A stretch of 64,000 nt of DNA from the human T2T-CHM13v2.0 reference genome, Homo sapiens, in NCBI RefSeq assembly GCF_009914755.1, contig NC_060940.1. The stretch is one strand, 5' to 3'. Shown one piece after another: positions 28,230 to 44,766 of this stretch. The notes below the pieces were generated by a model. That model was not told the DNA's origin. It searched no databases and worked only from the letters and a program-made list of their open reading frames with translations. Made by a program: the position numbers and the translations under genes. Numbering within the stretch: position 1 is the first letter of the stretch; each line of letters opens with the position of its first letter.

Positions 28230-29912
28230 TGTGGTTACCTTTGAAAAGGTGATGACTGGAAGGGGCCTGAGGGAGGTTTCTGAGATCATGACAGAGTTGT
28301 ATGTCTTCATCTTTATGGTGGTGACATAGGTGTGTTCACTCAAAAAAAATTCACCAAACTGTACACTTACACTTTTGCAGTTTAATATATGAATGATACA
28401 TGTTATGCTTTAATTAGAAAGTTAAAAGTAAGTTTTTTTCAAAAGTAGTAATTGGATGACTCCCGCTTTTATTGAGTTAGCAAGTATCTTTTACTGCCAC
28501 TTTCTATTGTTAAAAAAAAAAAAAGGCTCACCACTGAGGCTGTAAGGCTAAATCCTTAGCATGACACACAAAACCATCTATAAACCAGTTTCTAGCCTTT
28601 CTTCCTGGCCATTCCCTTTGACCTGAGCTGTCTTGAATATTCTTAAGACTTGACAATACTAATTTTAAACCGTCTAAGATAAGATCACCTCCCACTCCAG
28701 AAAAGGGGTGAGGGTAGATGTTAAGACCAGAGTGTGCTTCCAGCACACTTGTATTTTTTATGGTACTAAGAAAGAAAAATGCTGACGCTTAAACCTGCAC
28801 ACAGTAATTCCTTAACATCAATGGTAAGGTTCCTCCCTAATTTTGAAGGCATTAAAATGGGGTCGGGGAAATGTCTTACAAATGATATTTTTTAAAAAAA
28901 TAAAATAAAACAAAGATAATCATGTCTTGGATTATCATGACTCACAGCAACTTTACTTTCAAAAGTAAGAATATTTACTTCTAAAACTATGAAATCTTCA
29001 CTATATTCTTAAAAATATAAATCGTTAAATGTCATTCTTTAGCTCTAAATACAAAGTTAGTTTGTTGAACTTCATGAGTTACGTCTTTTATCGGGCTTGG
29101 GGTGTGACCTTAGCCCCTCTCCTTTGTGAGGGGAGATGGCAGAACTCTCAGAAGCTTTTTCTATTCTCATCTTTGTTGGTTACTGGGGAAAAACTGGATT
29201 TCGCTGCACTCATCAAATAAAGAGGCCCAGGTAGCAGCGCCTCCACGTTTTGTTCAAGTGGGGTTTTCTGCGTGTGCCGCTGGCCAATTCTTCAAGAAAA
29301 GTGTTTGTTCTTCTCTGGCGGTTTGGTGTTCCTATGTTTCAACATGGGGGTACCAAATAATTCATTTCCCCTTTTCCCAACAAATGCATTCTTGTGACCT
29401 CACTGATGACAGGGGCGTCGTTTATTCTAACAAATGCTCTTGTCCAAATTCCAACCATGTTGCCAAGAGATGGCATAGCTGGTGAGGGCTGGACTTTAGG
29501 GGCCAATCTCCACTCCTGAGCTCCCCTGACCACACAGGAAGAAAACATTAATGATGTTCCCATACTGATGTTGTGGTGTAAGTGTCTCCTGTGTAAATAG
29601 AACTAAATATTTAGGAAAGAAAACAGAAGAGTCTTATGTAGTGCATTACAAACTAGAAAGCTTTTGAAGTCAGCATCTGGGATGGTCTTAAAAACAAACG
29701 TGCAGTCTGAGAGAAAGAATTACTGCTGACACACGCTGACCTCACAGAAACTATCTGGTGATGAGATTATCTCTCTTCCAGGACTCTAACAAGGCTTTGC
29801 AAGGATATTTTCTTGCTTTGCTTTGCTTTTTTTAATCTTCTTAACTGGTGGAACCTCTTGTTATGTGCAAATCTAATCCATTCTCATTCAAAGATGGATG
29901 TCCCGGTTTTAC

Positions 29913-30445
29913 TGTATCTGCCTTAGTTGGAGATTCCCGGGAAGAAAAGCCCAGGACAAGTGGTCAGGTGCAGGAACTTGATCTGAGAGGTGGTCCCAGG
30001 AAGCAGAAGTGAGTTCATGGGGACATTGAGAAGAGGAAGGAGGCCAATCAAAAAAGAGCATTTCTGAGGTTGCTTCTGTACACAGGGGCTTCATTTCTTC
30101 AATTCTCCCAGATCCTCTGGGAACCCTATGAAATGCTTTTCAGAATTCTCAGAGTCATCCACCTGAAAAATAGAGGGACTGGAGCCTTTTTTCCTAGTCT
30201 CCCTACTGTCCATGGATTGAGAGTTGCCTGGGAGCAGGGAGAGCGGGTGTTAACTGCCTTCTGTTTAGAACAAGTTCCTGTATGTGTCAGAGATCTGGGG
30301 CAGGATGATTTGCAGTCATGTAAGCTTAGGTTGAACTCTGGGAGAGCCAGGTGAGTGTGTGCTCAAAAAGAACTGTCCAGTGCAGCTGCTGCTGAAATCA
30401 GAGGTGACTGCAAGGATGTAACACTGGCGCTCGGGTGTCTGCCAT
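29913..30445 (-). mobile_element. LTR33-like ERVL LTR
   Basis: gagaggtggtcccaggaagcag...gaaggaggccaatcaa motif. Confidence 0.6.
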
Positions 30446-30695
30446 GGCCTAGGTTTCTTATGAGAGATTGAACTCTTCGGAGATTCCATCATTCAGAGCA
30501 GGCACAAGACGGTTTGGCCACCAATCTGGGTAGAGCCAGGCTGTTGCATGACAAGTCAGTCAGGAGAAAACTGAGGCTAGCAGGCTGACTTTCTGGTTCC
30601 ATGACACACATCACATCTGCAATAGAGCTTAAAGACAGGGTGCTTATCCCTCAAACCTCCCTGTATCACTAACTTTCTTAATCCAGACTTTTGCC

Positions 30696-31015
30696 TTTGT
30701 TTTTTTTTTTGTTTGTTTTTTTTTTTTTTTTTTTTAGAAGGAGTCTCGCTCTGTCACCCAGGCTGGAGTGCAGTGGCAGGATCTTGGCTCACTGCAAACT
30801 CCACCTCCTGGTTCTCGCCATTCTCCTGCCTCAGCCTCCCGAGTAGCTGGGACTACAGGTGCCCGCCAGCACACCCAGCTAATATTTTTGTATTTAGAGT
30901 AGAGACGGGGTTTCACCGTGTTAGCCAGGGTGGTCTTGATCTCCTGACCTTGTGATCCGCAAGCCTCGGCCTCCCAAATTGCTGGGATTACAAACGTGAG
31001 CCACCGCACCCGGCC
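30696..31015 (-). mobile_element. AluY
   Basis: cgccattctcc and cgtgttagccagg diagnostics; CpG-rich. Confidence 0.93.
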
Positions 31016-33591
31016 TACTTTTACGTCTCATAACCCAAAAGCTCTATGGCTTCAAAAATTCCCAACTCCTCAAAAAGCTGATTTTCTGTTTTATCAGTGC
31101 CCCTTTGATTGATAAACAATATATTAATATAAGATGGATATAAAGCAGATGTATTTTGTTGCCACAACTTCTTTGGTTCAAATTAAAGAATATAGGTCAT
31201 TTGTCCCAGAGAGTCAGTCCAGCTGAAAAATTGTGGATGTTGATAAATGCGTAGGTCTCCATTCTTAAAAATCCAGCATTTTTGTATAGGAACAAAACTT
31301 TACTTGGATTATAAATTGCAGGCCTTCTTTGAAAAGACAAAGTGTGAAAGGGAAGAGAACTGTAGAGTCTTCCTGATGTTTACTGAGCCCTTACTCCAAA
31401 CCAGGACTTAGGCTTGTTGCATCCCCTCCATTAACTCATGTCATATTGCCTAATTCATAAAGAGGCCCAGAGAGGCAGTCGAGGTGTAGAAAGGTTAAGT
31501 AACATTCCCACTGCCTCATAACTTGTAAGTAATGAAACTCTCCGGAAAAGTTGAGCTCAGATCTGAATCCAGAGCCTGCATGCCTAACCGCAGTGCAATG
31601 CTATCCTCACCTCACTGTGCAAATACATCTCAGATCTCTGCATTAGGATGCACAGGTTTACATTTTTTAAAAGCAGGTAATAACTGTCTTATTCTGTACC
31701 TATTGTCTGTTTTCACAGTCTGCTGTGAACCCTTGCTTTCAGCTGGGACACTGTTGCCTTCCACTGCCTTCCACAGCCTCTTTACTTCCCCTTAAACAAC
31801 CTATTCCAACTGGTACTACTTGATAATAGTCATTTTCTCTCACCTGAAAGCATGCCTCTGTCAACCAGGCTCTTCCCCTCAATGGCTAATGACTCTCACT
31901 CCTACACTCCTGCAGAGGGCCTGGCACATAGTGGGTGCTTAATACAAGTTCCTTGGCACAAAGAATATAGGAATAAATACGGGGACTAAGGTATTGCGCT
32001 CTCCATTTTACAAAGGAGAAATCTAGCCTTGGTCTCTCTGATACCACAGTCTTTCCCAAAGTTGCACAGCACAGTGGAGGAGAGTTGGACCTAGGGCCCA
32101 GGTTTCCAGGATCCTGGTCTAGTGTAATGTCAGTTTCTAATTATGTGGTCCACACACATGAATATTTAAATCAGCATCTCCTGGAGATAACTCAAGAGGT
32201 GACTCTAATGGTAGACAATTGAGGCTGTACATCAGGGTTGCAAAGGGGCTTTGTCCGGATGAGTGGATTTTTTGTGTCCCTTACACCATGTGAATTCCCA
32301 GCATCATGGTTTATGCTAATCCTCTTTCCAAAATAGTTTCCTGGTGACCTTCTCCCTGTGCCAACCCCGGAATACAATGGGATGAGTAACTGGCAGGTCC
32401 AGATACAGAAAATGAGTGAGCAATGCCTTTCCCAGCTAAAAATTCTTCCAGCTCACCCATGGTGTGCTAGGGAAGATGTTCTCCTATGTCCTGAATGACC
32501 AGCAGCAGAGGATTCAGGGCACCCAATGCAAAATTGTCACCAAATGACTGTGACACTGAAGTGGCTCATGCTGCTCTTTGCACTGCATTAAGTGAAACCA
32601 GACGCCTCCAGTTAAACTCCAGTGAGCTAAAAAGTATAGTGATAAATATATGAAATGAGTAGAAAGAACAAAAATAAAGAAGCCTCACCCCAGATACGGC
32701 ACTTATGAAGAATCTGTGTCTCAGTCTCCCAGCAAAATTGAAACGTAATTCAACTTCAGATGGTCAATGCCTGCCTTAATGCCCCATGCTAATGTCAGCC
32801 CTGAGATGTCACAATAGTCCAGGAGATGCTTACCTGAAGGAGAGGCCCTCTAGAGAGGCTGTGAGAACTGTGATTTGGAGCTCGAAACTGAGATAGTGAG
32901 CTGGGCAGGGTGACAATTTATGGAGAATGGGAAAAGGAAGAGGGAAGTATTTTAGCAAAACGGATGCTATCAGGATGGCTGAGGCTTTAGAACCAGATGG
33001 AGTGCTGTGGCCTCTCTTGGATGGATGCTGTTTCTGAGCTTTGCATCTGGAAAGACAGAGCCTGCTCTAGGAATAATGATGTCAAAGATCTTTCTCATTT
33101 TACTGTCTGGTTAAATATCACCTCTTCAGAGAAGCCTTCCCTTATCAACTTACTTAAATTGAGTACCCCCTGTCAGTTTTCTATCACAGTACCTCACTTG
33201 TGTGTGTTTTCCATTCATAGCATTTGTTACACTTTCACATTTTTAAAAGCGTTGTTTCTTTTTTTGTTTTTTGTCCATCTCCAGTTCCTATCAGTGCCCT
33301 ACCATGTCCTTAACATTTAGCTTAGTGCCTGACACGTAGTGCTTCAGTAAGAAGTATCAATGTGGTAAGTGAATTTCTAATCGAATAGCAGTTACATCAT
33401 AAATAGTCAATGATTCTTGTGATGTCTCATGGTCCCAGGGATCATGAGATACAGAGTGACAGAGGATGGAAGTTCAGTTTTCTTCTCTATGTAACAGGAA
33501 GCAAGGAAGTGATCGTCAGAATAACTGCAAGATGACCCTGCTGGCTGCTGTGTGACAGGGGATTAGAACAGTCATAAAAGCAGGTAGAGAG

Positions 33592-34444
<853 letters not shown>

Positions 34445-34554
34445 TAGCAATAGAGATGGACAGAGATGATTTAGCTGAAGATATAGCTGTAGTTAGCATG
34501 ACCAGACTTGCCAATGGTTGTAATAGGGTGTCTGGATTAGGGAGATGTTGTTTA

Positions 34555-34800
34555 TCTCTACTAGTTTCCTGTTAATTACTCTATGAACAAATTAGCACAA
34601 ACTTTGTGGCTTAAAACAACACAAATTTATTCTGTTTTAGTTTTGGAGGCCAAAAGTTCAAAATGAGTTTCACAAGGCCAAAATCAAGGTGTCAGCAGAA
34701 CTGGTTCCTTCTGGAGGCTCCAAGGAGCATTTGTTCCTTGTCTCTTCAGTCTCTGGAGGCAGTCGTGACCCCTTCTTACAACTTCAAAGGCAATTGTGTA
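34555..34800 (-). mobile_element. MLT1C/D-type LTR fragment
   Basis: gtggcttaaaacaacacaaatttatt; aaatcaaggtgtcagcagaactggttccttctggaggctc. Confidence 0.72.
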
Positions 34801-35009
34801 ACATTTTTGCAGGGAGAGTCCTGGGAACAGTGAGACAAGTTGGGGAGAGGCAAGTGGAAGGGACAGAATCAAGATTGAAGCAGGCTAAGTATGAAAAATT
34901 TGTAAGATGTCCAAGCGGAGATGCCAGAAAAAGTCAGATGAGTGTATGAGTCTCACATTTCAGAGCTAAAAATATACACTCTGGATTTATCAATATAAAG
35001 TTAGATGAG

Positions 35010-36101
<1,092 letters not shown>

Positions 36102-36318
36102 CTTTAGAAAGAAGAGATTCTAGAAGTTATCCCTGAGGAATCCCAGCATTTAATGGTCGGATATAGAAAAAGCTTGAAGGTAGAAGAAAAACCAGGACAG
36201 TGTAGTATTGCACAGGTAGGAAAAGCCTTAAGAAGTGAGTTGATCAGCTATGTTGAATGCTGGTACAAAGATGGGTAAGATGGGATGGAGAAGTTTCTAC
36301 AAAACTGCTGCTAATTCA

Positions 36319-36846
<528 letters not shown>

Positions 36847-39800
36847 TTAAAAGCAACTTCATCCAAGAAGAATTGCAGTTTGGATGCAGTCCAGGTATAA
36901 AACAACCACCTTCACTCCTGTGTGTTACTGTAAAGCTTGCCTTCTGTAAAATGTCTTAAGCATAAGAGCTGTAAAGGAAAATACTCATGGATTATATTGT
37001 GATTTGAAATCAGGATGTAATACGATAGTGACAGCTTAAAGATTCTTCTAAAACTAGATATGAAATTTGAATGTGGCACCTGTCTATAATTTGTAAAGCA
37101 CTTTGGCTTTTTCTCAGCTACATGGTGATGATGAGTTCTTCTCAACAAGTGACTAAGCTCTAGGGGAATCAGTTTCTCAATTTGCATGAGATACGGGAGC
37201 TTCCTAAGACATGAGACTTTCAGTTTTAAAACCAGGATAGTCTTGAGAGAGCTGCCCTTGTTTTTCGGAGACATGCAGGCTTCCCAAGATGTGAGACTTT
37301 CAGTGCTAATCCCAGGAAAAGTCCTAAACAAAAGGCAACGAGTTGGTTGCCCAACCAAGCTGGGAGGCCTTCTGACCGAGGACCTCCTGAAGTCATCAAC
37401 CCAAAGAGAAGAACTGCCTCTTAGGGCTGACTGATGCTTACAAAAGGGATTATAAAGCCTGAATACCAATTTCTTAATTTGCAAAGAGAAATGATGTGAC
37501 AAGGACCAGGAAACTCAAAGTCCATATGGTCAGCATTTTCTGTCTCTGTATAAAGCCAATCTATTAATTTAAAGAACAGAATGATTATCACATGCATTGA
37601 AATACACAAAGTCCAAACGATCAGCAAATTCTCGCCCGGTGTGAAGTCAGTCTTTTAATTTACAAAGAAAAATTACTGTCACAGAGACTGGAATGCTCAA
37701 AGTCCACATGGTCAGCACATTTTCTGCTTCTACTCTACCCTTCATGGAAGACCAATTCATAATCAGAAGGCTGCTTAGTGAGCATGAAGTGTTGGTTAGA
37801 GTGAGTGCTTAAAGGCACTGGACTAAGAAAGCCTAACTTTACCAAGGGGTTCAGACTGTCTTTGTCACCAAATGCTGAAGTCTTTGCTTCAGCAATTTTT
37901 CCTGCCTCTAGGATGAGTACTGCAAAGTTGCCTCCAGGAGGCATCTTATTTTCCAAGCTGCCATGGATGACTGACCGTTTTAAGCGTCCTTCATTCTTCA
38001 GATGTGCTAATACCATCAATTAGGTAGTAGAGTTTCACTTCCCTAGGAGCCATTTTGTCTTTGCTACATTTATCTTTGCTCTTATTCCAAAGAGCAGCCT
38101 TCATTCTCTTCCTATCAAATCTTTCAGCAGCAGAAGGCAACTGACTGTATCTCTGAGTAATGTTGATAAGTATTGTGTTGTGGAGGCTCTGCATAGTACA
38201 GTGGTTAACGGCACGGGCTGAGAACTGAGGAATACCTACTGTCTACTTGTCTACTACCATGCAGAACTATAGTAAGTCACTATATCCCTTTGAGCCATAG
38301 TTTCCAGTTCTATAAAATGGGAACCATCCATAGTTGGTTGTATCAAGGACTCAATGACAGCAAACAAGTAAAAGAACCCATATAGTGTTTGAGACATGAT
38401 TGTGCTCAAGAAATGATAGGAAACAAACGTACAAACGACAAGCATTTTTTGCTGCAGTTTGGAAGTATTAATGTTTTACAACCTCCACAAACTAAGGTTC
38501 ATGATCGAAGAACCTCACTGAATATTTAACTTTAGGGATAAAATGCACAACCTATAATAATTTTAGTGCAATTGATTTATTATAGTCAAGGGAAACATGA
38601 CTGAATAACAAAAGTAGGTTAGGAAAATACTGAAACAGAATAGGATGAAGAAAAGCATTTTAATGAAAAAGGAAAAGCAGAGAGCAGAGTAGTAATCTCT
38701 CTTGGTTCCTCTCCTTCCGTCAGCCTGCTGTTCCTGCCCCTCTCTTCTTCTCTCTGGCCTCTAGATACCGGAATGTCTCAGGCCTCCCATCCCCTCTATC
38801 CTCCATTTCGCCACCTGCTCTGGCCAAAAAGTTTGAAGGAGGACCTATGAAAAATATCCCTGGCCTGGGCTTAAGAAGCCTTCACCCTCATTCTCAACTC
38901 TGAGGCTACCAGAGCATGATCAGTTCATCATCTCAGTCAATCCTCCCAGCTCCTCTATTAGATCCATATGACTGCCACTTTGTGAAAGATACAAGGAGGA
39001 CTTGGCAAAACAAGGGCCCCACCTGAAATGGATAGCTGAGAGCATTACCACAGTCGGATCTGCTGGGTTGAATTGTACACAGCAGATGCCAACTTCCAAT
39101 GAAATTAGAATCATATTTCTATACATTTTCTTAAGTGCCAGACATCATTCTAATCATTTTATAGGCATTATCTCACTTAGTGTCTAAAAAACCCTAAGGT
39201 TTTGCCATATAACTTTCATCCCCACTTTATTATCTATCTAGAATAACTGAGGCTTATGGAGGAAAACTGACTGACTCATTGCTGCTTGGCTATTAAGTGG
39301 AACTTCCCAAGACTCTGTAACTTTGGAGACTAGTCACATATGAAATATGCTACCCTCTCACTTGTGTGATGGCGTTCAGGGTTTGGCGAATGTTGAGCAA
39401 GCCAATAAGGTAAGGCTGTATGCGGTACAATTCTCACACTCGTTGCTCTTTTTGTTGTAACCAGCCTCTTTAAACACTATGGCCTGACCCTCTGAACCAG
39501 CCACCTGACCATTCTTCTGACTTCCCAATAAGCCTTTGCCATCACCAAACATACTGGCCTCCATGGTCTTCATCTTTAATGCCATTAATTAAAAAAATAT
39601 GCCCCACAGCTCTGCAAGAAGAATTCAGCAGGCAGTTGGCATAAAAAGGTTGGGAATGGTTTACATCTTTGAGCTTCAGTATTTTAAGTCTGCAAGTTCA
39701 TGGAGTGCAAGGGCTGTGGACACCCTGCTTGCCAATTTTTCTGCCTTAACCGTTCCCTGCCCCCTTGTTGTTCAATTTCTGGCCAATGTCTACATTTTCC

Positions 39801-41734
39801 AAAAGGAAGTATGGTCTTTTGCATTATGACACATGATTGCCACCCACTGGTTAAGAATGTTTTCACTATGAAGGTTTAGAAGGTTTGCTGTTGAGGCAAA
39901 AGTTACCCATTTCCCATGCCCCCAGTTCAGTTGTCTGGATATCCCAGAACAAGAAGCATTAACTGCTTCAATTTAAGTCAGATTCTCAAAATCCCAAAGG
40001 CATGTCTTTCACTTATCCCATAAAACATCTAATTAAATTATTTCATTTAATTGTACATCTTGAATTATTTGTTTGCATCTTGAATTATTTTTGTCAATGC
40101 GCATTTTCCAATAAAGGAGTAATCAGTGGTCTCAATGTCATTCAGATGAGGCCACCCTTATTTATCAGAGTTCTAACACCAATCAGTATTCATCCACAGG
40201 GCTCTTTAGTGGAACTGTGGCACTCTTTAGTGGAAATGTGAGTTTCAGATTTCTGATTAATAAAAATAATTTGTAAATATGATCACATAATTTTTGCAAT
40301 ACCGTTTTCTTTTCTAAGAATCACCTATAGAAACACCTACTACGTGCCAGGCATTGTTTTATGTGAACATTTCATGTATGTAACAGCCCCCCCTAAGGTA
40401 GAAATTGTTATTGTCATTCTTATTTTGAAGATGAAAAGCTGAGGCATGAAGAGGGTAAGTCACCATCCAAAGTCACCTATCTAAAAAATGCAAAGCCAAG
40501 ATTCAAACTCAGGAAATGTGTTACTAGAATCTTATCTACTATGCCATGCTGCCTCTCAGAAAGACTATCACTGCTTCCTCCAGCCTCATCCTCTTGTCTT
40601 TTCCTGGGCTGGGGCCATCCTCACCCTGATTGGCTCTCCCCAAAGGCTCACTCTGACACCCATTCCAGTGCTAACCCTGTTCAGAGTGGACAGGAACTGG
40701 TCCATGCATCTCCTTAGATTTAACACGATAGGCTCTGTCTCTCACAAGGGCAGGCAGCAAGCAATTGTCTTTTAGAGGAAAACAAACCATTTGAACTAAA
40801 TGTTGATTCTTGCTCTCTCTAGAAATGCAGACAGAAATCGGCAATCAGTGTAGTTGATGGATACCAGAAAAAGAAATAAAAGTAAGGAAATGAAGAAAAA
40901 TTGGGCCAATGGCACTTTAAAAATTTCCCAAAATTTTGAGGACAACTTCCCTTTTTTTCAAGGCACTTGATGCTTCTCTAGATAGAAAAATTGTTTTCAC
41001 CTAAAATATCACACTAGCTGTTCTGAAATCCTCTTGCTTCTTGGCATGCTTATTAAGAAATTCTGCTCTTGCAGCAACAAATCTCAGCTTTCTTTGCTTC
41101 TAGAGAACTTTAAAATCATTAACTATCCTTTAAAAACTCACTCTTGGAAATACATGTGGTCTCTTTCCCTATAACTAAATATTTGATACAAGCCACTATC
41201 AACTTGATACTGACAGTTTAAGGGTGTTGGGTACGATGACCTTTGAGGTGCCTTCTGGCCATAAGTACCAAGGAATTCATAAAGTTGGATTAAATGATAA
41301 CAAAAATTGGAACTTTCCCTTTATCTTCTTTTCTTCTTAAAGAATAAGTTAAGATACATTGATTTCATTTCACAACTTGCACGGAAATGAGTGTTTTACT
41401 GTTGATGTTTTTATGATCTGTAGTTTCCATTCTTTTTAATAGCCTTGGTGCAGTATTAAAAAAACTATCTTGGTGATAAAAGTTATTTTAGAAGTAAAAG
41501 TTGCTTTAGAAAAGCAAACATGACTAATATAATCCAAGTTTTCTCAGGAAGGAAAGCGCTAGTGTGACTGGACAATGCTGAGACGCCCAAGAAGATGATT
41601 GACCTTCAATTACATTGAAGGGAATGACTGAACTATTTATCTGTGAGGGATTGTAAATCAGGAGCCAAGGGAAAGCCTTGGAAATTCAAATGTAAAAACC
41701 TAGTTCAGCAAAGGAGTTGTCTTAAGCAATAGTA

Positions 41735-42140
41735 TATAAATCAGGCAGGGTTAGGTTATACTACAGTAATAAACAGCCCCCCCCCCCCCAAATATCAATG
41801 ACCTAAACAACAGGAGTTTATTTATTGCTCATGATATACAACCAATTTAAGTTAGGAGGGGAGTTATGCTTCACGCAGTCATGCCACATGAGGTCATGAT
41901 AGCACCGTCTTAACATGATGCACCTGAGTTCTCCTGGCAAAGGAAAAGAACATTCCAGATTCTGCATTCACAACTGAAGGCTCTCCTAGGCATGAGACAC
42001 CATGCCTCTTACTGTGATTTATTGATCATAATAATGTATAGCCTCATTTAATTGCAAAGGGATCAGGAAAGTGTCATTCTGAACATTCTCAGAAAAGCAG
42101 AGACCTGATTATACATGAGTGTTAGAAGCCTCTACAACAC
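41735..42140 (-). mobile_element. MLT1J-like LTR containing a C13 run
   Basis: gttaggttatactacagtaataaacagcccc...tttatttattgctcatg. Confidence 0.65.
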
Positions 42141-44233
42141 AGCAATTGTGGACTGAATGCTTCATTCAGGCAATAAGCAAAAGCCTCCTTCAGCAGCGTA
42201 TTATTTAATCCTCACATAACCCTGCAAGGTGTGGGCTTTCATGATCCCCCTTTCTCGGATAAGGAGACTGGGAATCAAGGAGGTTAAATAGTCTGCCCAG
42301 AGATGCTCCCCTTCCTATTAAGAGCCCAGTTGTAAACCTGTGCTCCTGACTACCATGTAGCTCTTCCCTGAGAGCTCCTCCAAGCCTTGGTTAAAGGGCC
42401 AGACCCTTTGCTCTCTGAGCAGGAGGAGAGCAACGTCTGCCCTCACTGACCCATTAATAGACACCTGTCAGTGAGGAAGGGAGGCTTGTTCACTTCAGGG
42501 AGCTGTGGTCGCTTCCCCTGTGCCACTGGAAAACTAATAATTCATGAAGTTGGCTTTCAGGTACGAGCAAGCTGGACTGAATAGTTGTTTCAAGTCATAA
42601 ACATAGAAAAGTAAGTTGATAGGAGAAGACTATGTGGAGAAAATTTAACCATGTTAAATATTTGAATAAACATTTAAAAATACATAGCATATATAGGTGC
42701 ATATATAATAAATTTGAGACAGTAGGCATGACAGAGTTCTGAAATAGTTTATAAGTATGTGAGTTGTAAATATCCCATTTATATTATGCATAGATTATAA
42801 GTAAAATACACAGAATTGATTCTATGCTCCATCATCTATGTGGTCATCTAATCATCCATCTCTCTAAACTAACGTCAAAGAGACATATAATTTAAAGCAC
42901 ATATGCAATTCTAAATTTTCTTGGATAAGCTTTTAAAAACTAAAAATAAATATATAAAATTAATTTAATAGTATATTTTATTTAACCCAGTGCATGCAAA
43001 TATGATTATTTCAACATTTAGTCAAGTCGAAAATTGTTCCATCTTTTTGGTACTTAGTTTCTGAAATTGTGCATGTATTTTACCCTTAAAGCTAATCTCA
43101 ATTTGGGTGCTAAACCTTCAGTGGAAATCCTTGCTCTGTATTCAGTTTATAAAAGATGCGGTTAAAGAAACCAAACTCACTTGTCCAAGGTGTTCCAAAG
43201 ATACTTCAAAGTTTGCAATCGTTTAGTTAATCTGTTGACAATGGTTAGATTGCTGTTGTGTTTATATATAATGCTAGAAATAATGCATATGTTGGGCATG
43301 TACATTACAATATGATCCTGTCTTCCAGACCATAAACACAATTAGTTTTTCCTGGAGGATTCTAACTCACCATTGGGTACCTCTTATATGGAAAATCATT
43401 AGAAATGCCTGTCCTCTCTGCAACCAGCTGGGAAGAATTTTCTGTCAAAAGCTAGAGATGTTTGTGTGTTTTTGTCAATGGGATCACAAACTTGAAGTCA
43501 GAACAGTTGGATTCTGGATATGAGTCTTCTTTTACCAGCTGTGTGATCTTAGGTGTTCTGGGTCCCATTTGGGAAATGAGGGGTTTAATTGCCTCCAAGC
43601 TTGATCTGTGCATGGAGCAATGTCGTTATGAGAATTCCCCACATTTTGCTCCCTTTTGGACCTCCCTAAAATTCCCCTAAGAACACCCCTCACTAGTAGA
43701 AATGTAGAATCCCAGACCTTACCCCAGATCTACTGAATCAGAGTCTGTATTTTTAACAAGATCCCCTACATTGGAGGAAAGTTGTAGAAAGACTGCCCTG
43801 GAGGATTTCTAACATTTCTGTGGGCTCTCATATTCCTTTTAAATATACATTAGAATGAAATGCAGATATTTTAAGATGATGTGGCCTTTCAGAGAGTAGT
43901 TGCATTTACTAGGATGTGAAAGAAACACTTTTCAAATGGTAACGATGTGAAGGTGTCCTAAGTGCTTGTGTTGAGTCCAGCACTGTGCTGGTAGCTCACG
44001 AACTCCTCGTGACAACCTGGAACCCCATGAACCCCATTTTACAGGTAAGGAAGCACAACCTGAGAGACATGAAATTATCCAGGCAGGCTTGCGTGGCTAG
44101 TGATTGTGAAGCTTGGATTTGAGTACAGGTCGTCTGGTTCCAGAGCTTGCACGAAATCACTGTGCTAGTAAGAAACAGAGTTCGAGGTTGAACCCGGGTG
44201 ACTCAGCATCAAGGAATGGGCTCTCTCTTTGGG

Positions 44234-44237
44234 GTGT

Positions 44238-44298
<61 letters not shown>
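44234..44298. repeat. Compound (TG)n(AG)n microsatellite
   Basis: Direct read. Confidence 0.95.
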
Positions 44299-44766
44299 CT
44301 TTCTTAATTACCACACCATACTACCTCCATTTTATATTAAACAGAATATTGGAATCTTGACCTTTTTCTGTATTTAATTAGATGCTGCTGTTTAATAACC
44401 TATCACAAAAGTTAGGCAGGCATTCACACACATGGCGATGAGAATTCCCCACATTTTGTTCCCTGTGAGCCCTCCCTAAAACTCTCCTGAGAATACAACA
44501 GCTGCATTTAAAGAAGCTGAATCCCCTATTGCAGATTTTATTCCTGTAAAAATATATTGAACTTGACGAAACAGAGAAAATGTGGCCTGCTTAGTCAGTT
44601 ACCCTGACACTATAGCTCTTCACAAAAGTTTTAAGATATGATCATATATTTAATATAATATACTTAGTATAACATGATATATGTGCTATACTATAGCATA
44701 GTATGTATATGTAATATATATAATATACAGTACAGCATAGCAATTGTCTACCAGTGACAGATTTAT

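Larger units (their letters stand above)
24435..28430 (+). mobile_element. Ancient L1M (degenerate ORF2 and 3'UTR) hosting nested insertions
   Basis: A-rich; ccagatggcttcatggtaaattccaccaaacttttaaagaag, catcactagtcatcaaggaaatgcaa, gtaatagctaaaaactggaaacaactcaaa. Confidence 0.8.

Noticed and set aside
36912-37502. 196-aa minus-strand ORF
   Set aside because: No recognisable domain, composition typical of non-coding DNA, no supporting gene structure.
41777-41789. C13 run as a G-quadruplex element
   Set aside because: Isolated homopolymer expansion within an old LTR, with no other support.
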